64,000 nucleotides of DNA from Camelus ferus (lineage: Eukaryota). How positions within the stretch are numbered: the first letter of the stretch is position 1; every line of letters begins with the position of its first letter. Both the position numbers and the translations under genes were made by a program. Below, in pieces: positions 1 through 12,540 of this stretch. The notes beneath the pieces are model-generated. The model searched no databases and was not told the DNA's origin. It saw only the letters and a program-made list of their open reading frames with translations. The DNA lies in assembly GCF_009834535.1 (NCBI RefSeq), contig NC_045696.1:80044001-80108000 (forward strand), in the 5' to 3' direction.

Positions 1-585
1 TAATATTTTCTCCTTATCCTTAATGGTTGTCAGTTTGATGACTATGTGCCTTGGTGTGTTCCTCTTTGGGTTGATTCTGTGTGGTACTCTCTGCGCTTCC
101 AGGACTTGGGTGACTATTTCCTTTCCCAACTTGGGGAAATTTTCGGTTATTATCTCCAAAAATTTTCTCAGGTCCTCTCTCTCTCTCTTCTCTTTCTGGG
201 ACCCCTATAATGAGAATATTAGAGTGCTTCATGTTGTCCCAGCATTCTCTTAAACTATCCCCATTCCTTTTTATTCTTTTTTCTGTTCTAAAGTAGTGAT
301 TTCCACTAATCTGTCTTTTAACTCACTGATCCATTCTTCTGCCTCATTTAGTCTATTCTTGGTTCCTTCTAGGGCATTGTTCATTTCAGTGACCTTATTC
401 TTCAACTCCGTTTGGGTATTCTTTATATTTTCCAATTCTTTGCTAAAAACTTCACTCTGTGCACCCTATACTCCTCTTGGGTTCTCTGAACATCTAGGGC
501 ATCATTATTTTAAACTCTTTCTCAGATAAATTACCTATCTCCTCATCACATGTCTTCTTCTGGGATTTTATCTTGTGCCTTGGCA
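1..585 (-). mobile_element. LINE-1 ORF1-region fragment, same orientation as ECT2, runs off the window edge
   Basis: Minus-strand translations NILIIGVPEREERERGPEKIF and EEIGNLSEKEFKIMM are typical L1 ORF1p motifs; the frame is disrupted by frameshifts. Confidence 0.88.
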
Positions 586-622
586 TGGAGGAAATCTGCT
601 GAATAATTTCACTAAGACTCAC

Positions 623-730
623 CTTTTTTGAAGTCTTTTTTATTGCTCTAGATGCTCTACTCAATGTACTGTCCATATCTTTTGTATTTACTTCAAAGGA
701 TTCTGGATCAGCAGTATAAATAAGATTCTC
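623..730 (-). CDS. ECT2: ECT2 exon 23 (ENLIYTADPESFEVNTKDMDSTLSRASRAIKKTSKK), start of C-terminal tail
   Basis: 108 nt, cag acceptor (AG 731-732), GTGAGT donor (617-622), phase 0/0. Confidence 0.96.
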
Positions 731-1049
731 CTGTTGGAAATAAATATTTTTATTATTTTAAAATAAATCAATTAAAAAACATAACTGTGCCTAAAATCAA
801 ACCTTTAAGCACTAATATGCATACATAGGGAGTGTGTATACATGAAGCTGCTCAAGATTCTTGATGCATTTGACATCATTTCTACTCTGAAATACATTCA
901 TTTAAGGATACTGGAAAATAAGCACTCAGGCCATAAATTGGCAAGTTGCCTTACTACTCTAGCATAAGACTATCCTCCAGCACTACCATTTTGTGGCTAG
1001 AGAAACAATGTGCTAAATATCATACTCTACAATTATAAATGCTTGCTTT

Positions 1050-1190
1050 GTACATAGAAAACAAACTTATGGTTACCAAAGGGGGAGGGGAGGGATAAAT
1101 TAGGATTTTGAGATTTACAGATACATACTACTATATATAAAACAGATTTTTTTTTTAAAAAGGCCTACTATAAAGCACAGGGAACTATAT
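1050..1190 (+). mobile_element. L1 3' UTR fragment (cetartiodactyl-type)
   Basis: acatagaaaacaaacttatggttaccaaaggg...agcacagggaactatat; similar to the copies at 7.1 kb and 24.1 kb. Confidence 0.75.
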
Positions 1191-4100
1191 TTTTACATAT
1201 TTATGTTTTATTTGGCTACTTAACTGTTATAAGTACTAATAGTTCTCAATTGGTTCTTGTTAATTATCCAGACAAAAATTTACAAAACAACTGTGAATAG
1301 TTAACATCTCTCACCAATCTATGAGAGACAAAGTAGTGAGGACTGTAATCCAAGCTCTGCCTATCCCGGAGTATCCTGGCATCCCCATACACATACACCT
1401 ACAAGGTTTTTCATTAAGATTTCCTACATCTCAGAGGGATCAATTTTCCTGACACGGCTGTACTTCTGACACCATAAACTAAGCACAGCTTAGTTTTATG
1501 AACTTAATTTTGTTTTTATTCATTCTATCTTCAATTTTAATTTCATTTAATTTCATTTCAACCTGGATTTCATTCAGTCAACAAATATATATTGCTGGCC
1601 TTCTATTTGACAAGCATTTTTTTTAATGTTCCTAAATACAGAGGCAAATTTAACAAAAGGATGTTTTGACACTTATATTTTCCTCCATTTAAACATATTT
1701 TCCTTCATTATGCTTTGTTTTCAAACTCAATGTTCATTCTGAACTGGTGAATTTAAGACTTTTTAAAAACTGAAAATCTGAAAAAAATCCAGTAAGAATT
1801 AGGCATAAAACAATTAGAAACGTTAAGAAAGCGAATTTAATAAAACTGACTGGGTACAAAATCAACATACGTATATCAAAGATTCACCTATATACAGAAC
1901 AACTAGAAAACAACTTAAACATTTGAAATATCTCATTTATGATACTATTACAAAAATAAAATTACTTAGGAAAAAAATCTAACAAGAAATGCAAGTCTGC
2001 ATGTATTATTTCTGGAAAGATACCTATGAAAGTATCAAAAATTTTACCACTGAAAATACTAGTGGGACAGAAATATATATTGCAGTATACCTTGAGTTTT
2101 TTCTTATATGTAAATATTATTTTTCAACTTAAGAGAGGAAAGTAAAAATCATAGCATGAATATAAAAGTAAATATTGTGGTAACTTAAATTTATTCTGAA
2201 TAAAATATTTAGATGCAAAATGTATTAATGTTTATATAATGAAACTAAATTCCAAGTGTGTTCAATTTTGGTGACATGCTCTTTTCATAACAAAGGCCCC
2301 TGAAATTTAAATCCCTAAGCAGTTGTTAATAAAGAAAAGAGAGTCTCAGTCTTTCCTTTTGCTACAGTAACAATTACTAAGCAGATAATAACCACCTACA
2401 AACTGAAAAGGGAGCTGATGGCTTCATGTTTTCTCTCAAGGAACAAATAAATTACTTCTGGTTTGGTTGGGGGACATACATATGAGGCCTTTTACATTTC
2501 TAGAAGGTTCAGAACGACTGAAAGGGTAAACATCTAGGTAGTGCACTAATAACTGAGTAGAAAATATAGTTGTTTTCTAAGATATAAAGATGAAATACTT
2601 CCTTTAGTTCTCTCTGCCCAGAAGAAGGTAAGCAGGACAAATCACAGGCGAAGCAGGGGAAACTTTCAGTATTCCTAGGCTTTTTCCTATTACTTTTTCT
2701 CATTAATAAAATGAAAAAGAAACCCACAAAACAAAACAAAAAAACTGCTTTCTAATCAATTCCTTTAAATTTCTAAAATAAAAATAAAATTTGTACCATA
2801 ACCAAAATCATTTAAATAACATATGAATATAATTCTAAAAATATTTAATGACTTATTCAACGTATCTCATGCATTAAAGAAGCTTGGGAGGGGAAGGAGT
2901 TCTTCAATCAGCCCCAAATTCACATGTATCTAAGACTAGTTCTAAAGATCTGAGTTTAAGATTGGACAGTAGTGACCAATTTCTTCCATTGAGATATATA
3001 ATATTAATTACAAGAGAAAACTGAGCCTCAGCTATAGATTTTAGAGGCCTATTTATAGGTCTTGAGTCACAGGAAATTTTTTAGCATTTCTGATATCTTA
3101 AAGCCATTGGGACCCATCTACATGTGAGTTACCAGGTCCTTCTTTCCTTAAGCTCCCCTCTCCCACTATTCCTCAAACTCAGATATGAAAGAAAAAATAA
3201 TCTAGTTTCACTGTGCCTCCTTTCTTAGCTTGTGTCTCTTTGATTTCCTCAAATTCCGTAATCGTTTTTATAACTTAGAGCTTCTGATTTGGCCAAATTA
3301 AAGTAGTACCAATCACAGACATTTAGATTAACAACTTACTATGCATGGCAAATAATCAGCAGAATAACTATAGTTTTAAACACATCATATTAACTCCATT
3401 ATAAATAATATTAGCTCACAAACATGAACTCTTCTCCTATAAGTTGTATCTTCAGTCTAATCCTCTAGTTACAAATTTAAAACCTAAGAATGAATATTGC
3501 TACTCTTAAGTAGCCAGTGGTGATTTAACCAAGATGTGGGATGAGTTTGATTTTTTAAAGAAATATAAAAAAAATTACTGGTAAAAGTATTGAATTGTCG
3601 CATAGGACATTTAATTATCAAGTTACTACTTCTAAACTATTCAAAGTGCAAGAAGAGTGGTAACAATGCTTAAATGTATTTGTTAATAAAATTACACTTT
3701 TGTCATTAGAGGGCAGAAATCTGTAATGATTTCAGCAAAGCTACCATCTGACCTCAGGCAATAAGAACCTTAAAAATATCAACCATGCAATTAAAGGTTA
3801 CATGTTGGCAAAACCAAAAATTTACACCTAAATATTCTGAGACAGAAAATTTGCAAAGATTCAAAACTTTAATCTTCAAATTCTGAAATAACAGAATATG
3901 GTGCATTGTATGCATGGGGAGAAAAATTATTAAAAGGGTTTAACCAAGAATAAGGATACTTGGATCCTCATGTCAGTTTTAATGCTCTTAAGCCTTAGTT
4001 TCACATGTAAAATAATGAGATTAGATTAAGTTTCCTTTCAGTTTGAAGACTTTTCTTAAGTAATTTACAAATGGGCATAGAACAAAATAGTTGTAATTTC

Positions 4101-5735
4101 TTTACTCATAAGTAAGTTTTAATTATTTAAAAGTCCAAAAATCAAATAGAACAAAACTTGATTAAAAGAATCAGAGATTTTTTATCTTTTTCATTGTGCG
4201 TGTGTATATTGTGTGTGTATAGAAATACCTTCTCTTCAACATGCCAAATGTTCTCAAATGATAAGACAGTGATTCAGGGCTTTCAAAAAATGTACTATGC
4301 ACAACATTTGAAGTGTAGGAAAAGTATTCAACTGAAGTGACTGAATATCTGAATTTACAAACATTTCTTAGTAACAAAATCTCACAACTTGGAAGAATTT
4401 TGTGGTTTAAGACAGTATAAATCAGGACAAAGTTAAATGTTTGCTGCCATCTTGTGGTTAATTTTTACTTTATGAAATATTTTCATTAACTGTCTATATT
4501 TCAGTTCTAGAATTATTAGCCATTTTGTGGCTAGTAATTGAGTAAATTTTGTTTTAAGGAAATTTTCCCATTAATTGTTTACACTTCAGAATCATGGTTA
4601 TAAATTTGGAAAGGACTACATAAGCCATCTAGTCTGACATCATGATAAATCCAGGAGTAATTTCTACAACAGGCAATCACTATACTGCAGAGATCCATTT
4701 TATATATGGATACTTAGAACTATGAAAAAAAAAATTCCTCCTTATAATGAGCAGTTTTTTGGCTTTACAAAAAGCTGTCTCCATCATTTTTCTAGCCAGC
4801 AGTCTGTTGTATGCACTAGCATTGTATTTCCATCTATGAACCTTTATTGACTAACAGCATAGTCTTGGCCCATAGAAATTTTAAAAAAGAAATCAAAAAG
4901 TCTTAATTTTTCTAAACACCTAGGTAGATTAAATATTTTTAATCAAGTATTTATAAACAATAGTTATACCTCAATGTCTTTGAAGATCAGACTTAACTAC
5001 AATAAAATAAATGTTTTATTTCCAAATGAATGTCCAAGGCAATCTCAGTTACAGTACTACTGAATTGAAAAGGGTCATCTATCTATACATCCCCCTTTAT
5101 TTAAGTCATTTGTGCAAAGACGAAGGGATCTAAATCTGTCCATCACATGTCTCTCCCGTATATGAAAAAGTCCAATTATCTTTTAAGGGACCAAGATTTC
5201 ATCCAAGATCTACAACAAGCTACCTGATTTCTAGTGAATTATTTAACTTCAGTAATTTGATTTTCTCATATTACTTCACTTTACTCTGCAAAGAATAAAG
5301 GTATTTATATATATTATGATTTTCAGAGGTTGAACTGAGAAAACTGGATTGGCAACTTGCTACAACTCACCTATTGCTTTCAATAAGATAAAAGAACAAC
5401 AGAACAAAATACCCTGTATTTTACAAATAGCCAAGTCAAAGAGTACTGAAGAAAATACATTACAACAAATTCCAAAAGCTTCACTGAATCAGTCACAGGC
5501 ACTATAAGGCTATGAGGATCTATCTGTAAGTTAAGGACTCAAAGAAATGTTTCATGTGTCTAGACTTTTAAAAATCTTTTCCAAAACAACTTTTAAGCCA
5601 ATTTTCCTAAATACACACAAAACAAAAACTCTCCTCCATTCATAATTAACAGGTTATTAGAAATATACAGGTTTAGTCTGAATGTTATTACCATGGAGTT
5701 TAAACTTTCCCTATAACAGTGGTTTAAGAACTTAC

Positions 5736-5890
5736 AGCATCTGCTTTACAAATGGTGTTGGCTACGTGTCGACATAGCATCTTTAGCCAGCTTTCTTTTA
5801 GAAGCTCCTCTGATGTCATCTGGAAACTGAGCAATACATTTGCCTGCTCTGTGGGCGGCCTCACAAGCAAGGCAAAAGCATTATGGCAAT
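5736..5890 (-). CDS. ECT2: ECT2 exon 22 (CHNAFALLVRPPTEQANVLLSFQMTSEELLKESWLKMLCRHVANTICKADA), PH domain
   Basis: 155 nt, tag acceptor, GTAAG donor, phase 1/0. Confidence 0.96.
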
Positions 5891-7114
5891 CTAGGGTTGC
5901 AGAATAATCACAAACATTAAGTGTTACTCCTTAGAAAATGATAGATTTGTGCAAGTTTAGTTCTCTCAGAGCAACAAAATTCTAATGAGATTATCTCTTT
6001 TCACCTTTCTTGCCCCTGTTTTTAACTGAGCAAAAAATATAACCATATCACACTGAAACAATGGAAAGAATTATAATTAGTAATTATAATAAGTACCACG
6101 TGAGGAACCAACAATGATAATGACATTAAGTAAGCAGTATTTTCCCTACATTAAATATTTTCTTTGATAGTTTCAAAAAATTAAACTATATCATTTCTTA
6201 GAATTCTAGAATTTAAGTTTTAAATTAAAGTGACAATGAAGAATTATTCAATAATTCAACCTACTTAAATCAATCTCAAAGAATAAAAACATTCAAATAT
6301 TACAAAGTTTTGTGACCAAGATACTAAAACAGGACCTATTTTAAACAAAATCTTCCATAATTATAACCCCAAAATAGAGAGATGATCTAAAGAAATGCTC
6401 TATGTAACCCTTAATAAACCCAGAATTCAAAAACTGAGTAAAGACAGCAATATAAGTTGCTGTTCAAGTTTTCTTTAATTGCTTCTCATAAACTAAAAGC
6501 TTTCCATCATTGGGAAATTATGGGATCAGTAATGGAACCAGCGTACACTGTGAAAACGTATGTCTAATAAGCAAAGTATTACCAGGCACACACATCACTA
6601 GGTATCAATTAAACAAATGATACTACTTTTGCTAAGTATAAACTTTTACTAATTTCAGGCCTTCGGAGAAATTTCTCTAACACTCCCGAAGTTTAGAGTA
6701 AAAGCTTTCCTTAATACACATTTCAGCCCATGTTGAGTCTACCACGGTTACTTTGGGAGTATTTACCCATGCCTATCTATTCCTGGTCATATCCTCAATG
6801 TATCACTAACAATACAGCCACTGGCAACAGGGAAGGTATAAGATGCGGAACACAGTTAATAGATTACAGCTGCTTTTGGACTCTAAAGGAATAAAAATAA
6901 GTTTTTGTGTGGGAATAAGTTAGGCACCATTTTGACATGTAACCATTTAAAAGCTCTTTGTCCCTTAGGAGATAAAGATATCCTACAGGTTGAGATCTAG
7001 TTCTTTCATTTGAAAAAAATTAACTTGGTTCCTAGAGATGTAGTTGGGATAGAAATGTAAGAATCATTACTTTGTCAGAACTAACCAACAATATTCAAAG
7101 ATAATTTACCAGTT

Positions 7115-7487
7115 AAAAAAAAAAAAAAAGACAAACTTACTTACAAAACAAACACAGATAGAGAAAACAAATTTATGGTTACCAGGTGGGGAGAAGGGAT
7201 AAATTGGGGGTTTAATACTTGCAGGTACTAACTACTATATATAAAATAGATGAATAACAAGTCTGTACTGTATAACACAGGGAACTATATTCAATATCCT
7301 GTAGTAACCTATGGTTAAAAAGAATATGAAAATGAATATACATATATTCCTGTATGACTGAAGTATTGTGCTGTACACCAGAAATTGACACAACATTGTA
7401 AACTGACTATACTTCTATAAAAATATATTTGAAAAATAAAAATAGAATAAAATAAAATTCTCAATAAAGTCAAATAAATAAATAAAT
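7115..7487 (+). mobile_element. 5'-truncated L1 3' end with TSD
   Basis: L1 3' UTR motifs and an A-rich tail, flanked by aaagataatttaccagtt (7097-7114) and aaagatagtttaccagtt (7488-7505), 17/18 identical. Confidence 0.88.
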
Positions 7488-7587
7488 AAAGATAGTTTAC
7501 CAGTTTAAAAAATATGTAAGGGAGTAAATCACTTTCAATTTATATAAATTATTTTTATTTGGCCAATAGTTTACCCAATGAGCATAC

Positions 7588-7726
7588 CTTCTGTCTCTCT
7601 TATGTCTAGCACTTTCTTAATCTGAGAAAGAGGCATTAGATGAATATGCTTAAGAGAAGCTGGCGGTCGGGTCTGGCCATGGGGACTCCTAAAAGTGCCA
7701 ATAACTTTGTGTCGTTTTCTTGCTAT
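7588..7726 (-). CDS. ECT2: ECT2 exon 21 (IARKRHKVIGTFRSPHGQTRPPASLKHIHLMPLSQIKKVLDIRETE), PH domain
   Basis: 139 nt, cag acceptor, GTATG donor, phase 0/1. Confidence 0.96.
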
Positions 7727-10700
7727 CTGATTATAGAAAGAACAAAAAAAAAAGTCATTGTCAGTAACATGAAAACAAAGACCAAATGATTAAAAATAAA
7801 ATGACACTAATCACATAAATCTATATGCAGTTCATTTCACTATCAGTCATTCCAGAACTACTATTTGATAAGAAGCAGAGTTGCTATGTAACAAATTCAT
7901 ACATGTAATTATGTAGCAGAAATGCTCACGTTTACATGAGAAGAGCTCAAAGTAAGGAAAACAGGCAAAAGGACAGGGTCTATGGAAAAGGTCCCAGAGG
8001 AATGAAAGAACTTAGAGGCATTGCAAGAAGTAATGAGATCAAAGGATAGAAGAATCATCAATTAAAGGCCTTGAATTCAGAAAGGGGACTAGTTGCTCTG
8101 GGATCACAACCTTTGGTTCAAAAGGTAATTGATTTCAGTTTAGGAGCTGAATTCACAGCTATCTCAGATCCTGTGCAAGGCACTGAGGATAAAGGAGGGA
8201 ATGACACAGAAATGGTTCTGATTCTCAGGACATTTACACTTATTGAGAAACAGGAAGATTAAAATAACTAAACAATATGTTAAAAACTGATATAAATTAT
8301 AAACTCAAGGTGCTGTGTTAAGATACAACTTTACCTAAACTGGAAACTCATGCAAAAGGAAGAGACAGGTAGATAACACTGGAGAAGATAGGAGCAAAAC
8401 CAGCAAAAACAGAACTCAAATGATTTGTGATCTATTTGAGTTCTGTGAATTTTATAGTCTTTACATTTATTGCTTTCATTTCCATGAAAGCCTAGTATAT
8501 TATTTTGCCTTTTTAAAAGAACATCTCTGTTGAGGCTATATTCATCAACTGAAAGACATTAACACAAAATGATTTAGATTAAGTTACTAATGAATTGAGA
8601 TTGATGGGTCATCATCATGAATATGACAAAGTGAGGCTGAAAAATGTACTACCTTGTGTTGGCTAGTGACAAAAGATCAAAAGGCAGTCAGTATCATATT
8701 CACATTGATGCAAAATATGACACAGATCTGTTACATATCAAATATTAAAAGTTCATCTACATTAATGTGGTGAAAATAAGCAGACTCTTTAAATATTTCC
8801 ACGGTGATATTTGAACATACTTTTAATTTGGCTAAGCAAAATAACTTTAAGGTTCATTTTTAAAAAAGAAAAACAATAACAAGTATTAATGCTGATGATA
8901 CAAATGCTAGTTTATTAAGGTAAAAACTCAAAATACAGATAAAATATAAACAGGAAAAGTATATCCTTAAATCCTAAATTAGTTTAGCTTCAGTAAAACA
9001 TCACCTGTCATGTTTAAGAGAAGTCAGTATAGATTTTATCCATTTCAAATGTTTCTAACTTTTACCACACTCTTCATTCCAAATTTGCTCAGTCTTTTTA
9101 TTTTTCTTAACAAAAAAAGCTAAAGAATAAGAGTTTATAAATCTAAAACTCCAAATTTATAAATCTGGAGTCCAAACTTAATGGTAGAAATAGAGCTGTT
9201 ACACTTAATGTGATCCTGACATGGAGACTAAGACAGAGGAGAACAAAAAGTCACTGAATTCAGGAAGGTAAAGGACGTGAAAGGCCAGGGTATCATATAA
9301 TGGACTTGGAAACTACAAGGAATGACCAACAGCAGCAATTAAAGTGGAAAGTAAGTCAATGAGCCAGTTATAGAAGACTTCATAGAATTTGAAGGGATGT
9401 AAGAAAAAAAATTTTTTAAGTAAGCCACAACTCTCTAAGGATTAAGAGGATAAAGACCAGAATGGATTAACAAAGGAAATACAGATAACCTAACCCTATT
9501 TAGATGAATGGAGCCAGCTGACCTAGGGACTTCAACAGGAGAAACCTAAAAAAGCTTTAATGGAAGCCAACAAATAGAAGTACTGAGCAATTAAATGTCA
9601 CTCAGTGTAACAGTATAATCCAGATTCAGATAAAATATGAGCAAAAATTGACTCCACCTAGCCCCATTCTCAAAAGCAGAGCAGGCTACAGCTCTCATTA
9701 TGGGGGAGACAAGTAGTGCAGAATTAACTGCCTCATCATTTTTTATAACTATCTCGGTTCAGGGTATGGTCAATTGTGTACAGTACTTTCACTGTCTTTA
9801 CTTTTGTGTTTTGTGACAATATTGACCAAATGGAAATACTATTCTTCACTAACCTCATAACAATAAAATACAAGTGAAATTTTTGGTGATTTTATTGCAG
9901 CTGTAACAGTGCTTGGCTTGTTCTCTAAGATTCCCTTGTATTTTATACATTAAATACTGATATACATGATATAAGAAAATCACACTAGAAGAGAAGTGAA
10001 GTGGAAAAGAGTAAAAGGAAGTATAGATTTTAAAGAAAAAGGCAACCCATCAAATCACTTTAATGAAAGCAACAAAAAGTTACCAAATAACAGAAATGTT
10101 AAATTAATTTCCAGGTTAACGACTGCTTTATCAAAATGAACAAGTCTCATTTCTGGGATAAAGGAAAATTTACTCCTTTATATTCCCCAATTAGACTGTC
10201 TAGTTGTTTCTTAAAAAACACTACTAAAGGAATGGAAGAAAAGGGTTAGAAAAGCACATAAACGTAATTCAATCTCCCATGGGGTAATATAGGGAAAAAC
10301 TTTAACTGAGATAGTTAAAAATTTTAGAAGTAGAATCATTGTACCCCATCTGATAAACTGACCACTCCATCACTGTAAAAACTGCAGACTTAAGGAAGAA
10401 ATCAGGGGATTATAATTCATTATGTTAAATAACCAAGTTATCTCCCTCTGATTTCTCCTTTGCCAGAGAAATCTACTTAAATTTCAGAAAGAACTAATAA
10501 TTATTTTGTAAATCTTGAAGAAATACATGCAGATACAGGAAGTTCCTAAAATTCTTGACCTAAGCACTTATTTACATGGAAATAAACTAAATTTTCATTG
10601 TGACTTAGACTTGAAATCATAAAAAATTATGATTCTTAATATTAGGCCTTCTCCTAAAAGCATTCTGTTAACAGTATTAGACCAAAGAATGTGATTATTT

Positions 10701-10844
10701 AAGTTCACTTTACTTTAAACTTATTTTAATCACTTAATTTAAACCTATTGTACTTCAATCAATACTGTACTTGGTTTTAAACATTCAGTGAAGTCACACA
10801 AAACAGCAGTGTTATTTATTACACTATATTAAGCCCAACTTTAC

Positions 10845-10964
10845 CTCCAGGCAGTCATTGAAGAGAAAGAGAGTTACTTGTTCTCCTCTGTCACAGGGGT
10901 GCTCACCTAGAGAAACTGTTTCAACTCTCTGGACTAAGCTTCGGTGAGAAGATAAAAGATTAGC
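10845..10964 (-). CDS. ECT2: ECT2 exon 20 (ANLLSSHRSLVQRVETVSLGEHPCDRGEQVTLFLFNDCLE)
   Basis: 120 nt, tag acceptor, GTAAA donor, phase 0/0. Confidence 0.96.
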
Positions 10965-11090
10965 CTAAATAGATTGAAAATATTAATAGAAGAGATTACT
11001 TTATAGCAAGTAATTTTTTTTAAAAGTTAAATAATTTAAAAGAAAGTTGTCCTGAGATTCTGTTTATAATAAAACTACAGAATCTAAATA

Positions 11091-11311
11091 CAGTTGACCC
11101 TTGAACAACACAAGTTTGAACTGTGCTGGTCCATTTACACACAGATTTTTTTAAATAAACAAGCACTACAGCACAACACAATCCACAGTTGGTTGAATCT
11201 ATGAATGTGGAACCACAGAAAGCACAGGCCAACTGTAAACTTACACACAGATTTTCTACTGTGCTGGGGTGTTGGTGCCCCTAACCTACTCAGTTGTTCA
11301 AGGGCCAACTG
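11091..11311. mobile_element. Non-autonomous TcMar-Tigger element (Tigger2-like MITE)
   Basis: Terminal inverted repeats cagttgacccttgaacaac / gttgttcaagggccaactg (18/19 match), flanked by TA on both sides. Confidence 0.9.
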
Positions 11312-11360
11312 TAACAAGAAAAAGAAAATAAATTGACAGTCATCAAAAATAAATACTTAC

Positions 11361-11439
11361 TGGGCATCCATCTACTTCATAAACAACATCGAAAATTTGC
11401 TTTTGAGCTTCTGTTTTTCTCTTATCCTCATTAATATGC
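11361..11439 (-). CDS. ECT2: ECT2 exon 19 (HINEDKRKTEAQKQIFDVVYEVDGCP)
   Basis: 79 nt, cag acceptor, GTAAGT donor, phase 2/0. Confidence 0.96.
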
Positions 11440-11929
11440 CTGAAAAATTAATGAGGTTACTTTTAAAACAACAGACTATGAAAACTGCATATACATACAT
11501 CTCATGTCACAAAAAAAGTCCTTCCATGTGAGTCTGTCTTTAACTGGTAACTGTATCAGTTAAAATATTCCCTAAAAGTATCCCACTACATTAAAAAAAT
11601 TTCATACAATCCTTCAGAAAAATGTTTTGCTTTACTTCTTACTATAATCTTTTTTTAACTATATTCACTATACACTCCCTAAAATACATTACACTGGTAT
11701 AAACTTCAGGCTAACATAAGTTTTAACTGTAAGTTCAGTTAAGGTTTTATGCAAGTCATTCCCAAGTCATATGTTAATCATTTCAAGGAAATAAAAACTA
11801 AGACTACTTACTGCTTCCAGACAAGATAGAATAAGGAAGAAAAAAACATACTCTGCCTGAAATAACTTGAAAAACTGTCAAAGTGTAAAGAAACAAAGGT
11901 TTCTCAAATCACTAGAAGTCAATTCCTAT

Positions 11930-12540
11930 GAGACAGGAAACAATGCAAGCCCAACTGTATACTGTCTACAAAAGATACACTTTACATACAAAGACATAAA
12001 TAGGCTGAAAAGTAAAATGTTGAAAATACTCCACCAGACAAGAGCAAAATACATTTTTCTCAAATGTACATGGAACATTCTCCAGGTTAAGCCATAAAAC
12101 AAGCCTCAAAAAGTCTGAAAGGATTAAAATAATACAAAGTATATTTTCCAGAAACAATGAAGTGAAATTATAAGTTAGTAACAAAAAGAATCTTTGAAAA
12201 TTCACAAACATATGGGAATTAACCAACACACACCAAAATAACCAATGGGTCAAGAAGTAATTACAAAGGAAATTTGAAAATACTTTGAGATAAACAAAAA
12301 CACAAAATTTATGGGATATACAACTAAAGCAGTGCTTAAAGAGAAATTTATAGTTATAAAAATATATAATAAAGATCTCAAATCAATATCTTAACTGTCT
12401 ACTTTAAGGTAGTCGGGGGAAAAAAGAAGAGCAAACAATCTAAAGCAAGCAGAAAAAAGGAAATCATAATGATTAAAGTGAAAATGAATGAAATAGAGAA
12501 TATAAAAATAATAGAGAAAAACTAACAAAACTAAAAGCTT
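11930..12540 (+). mobile_element. Old L1 ORF2 (endonuclease-region) fragments
   Basis: Degenerate motifs such as YCLQKIHFTYKDINRLK, tacatttttctcaaatgtacatggaacattctccagg and aaagcagtgcttaaagagaaatttatag. Confidence 0.75.

Noticed and set aside
6520..6860. Locally CpG-containing stretch with a small inverted repeat (cttcgg...ccgaag, 6661-6691)
   Set aside because: The stem is too short, and I could not match it to any snoRNA, miRNA or coding sequence.
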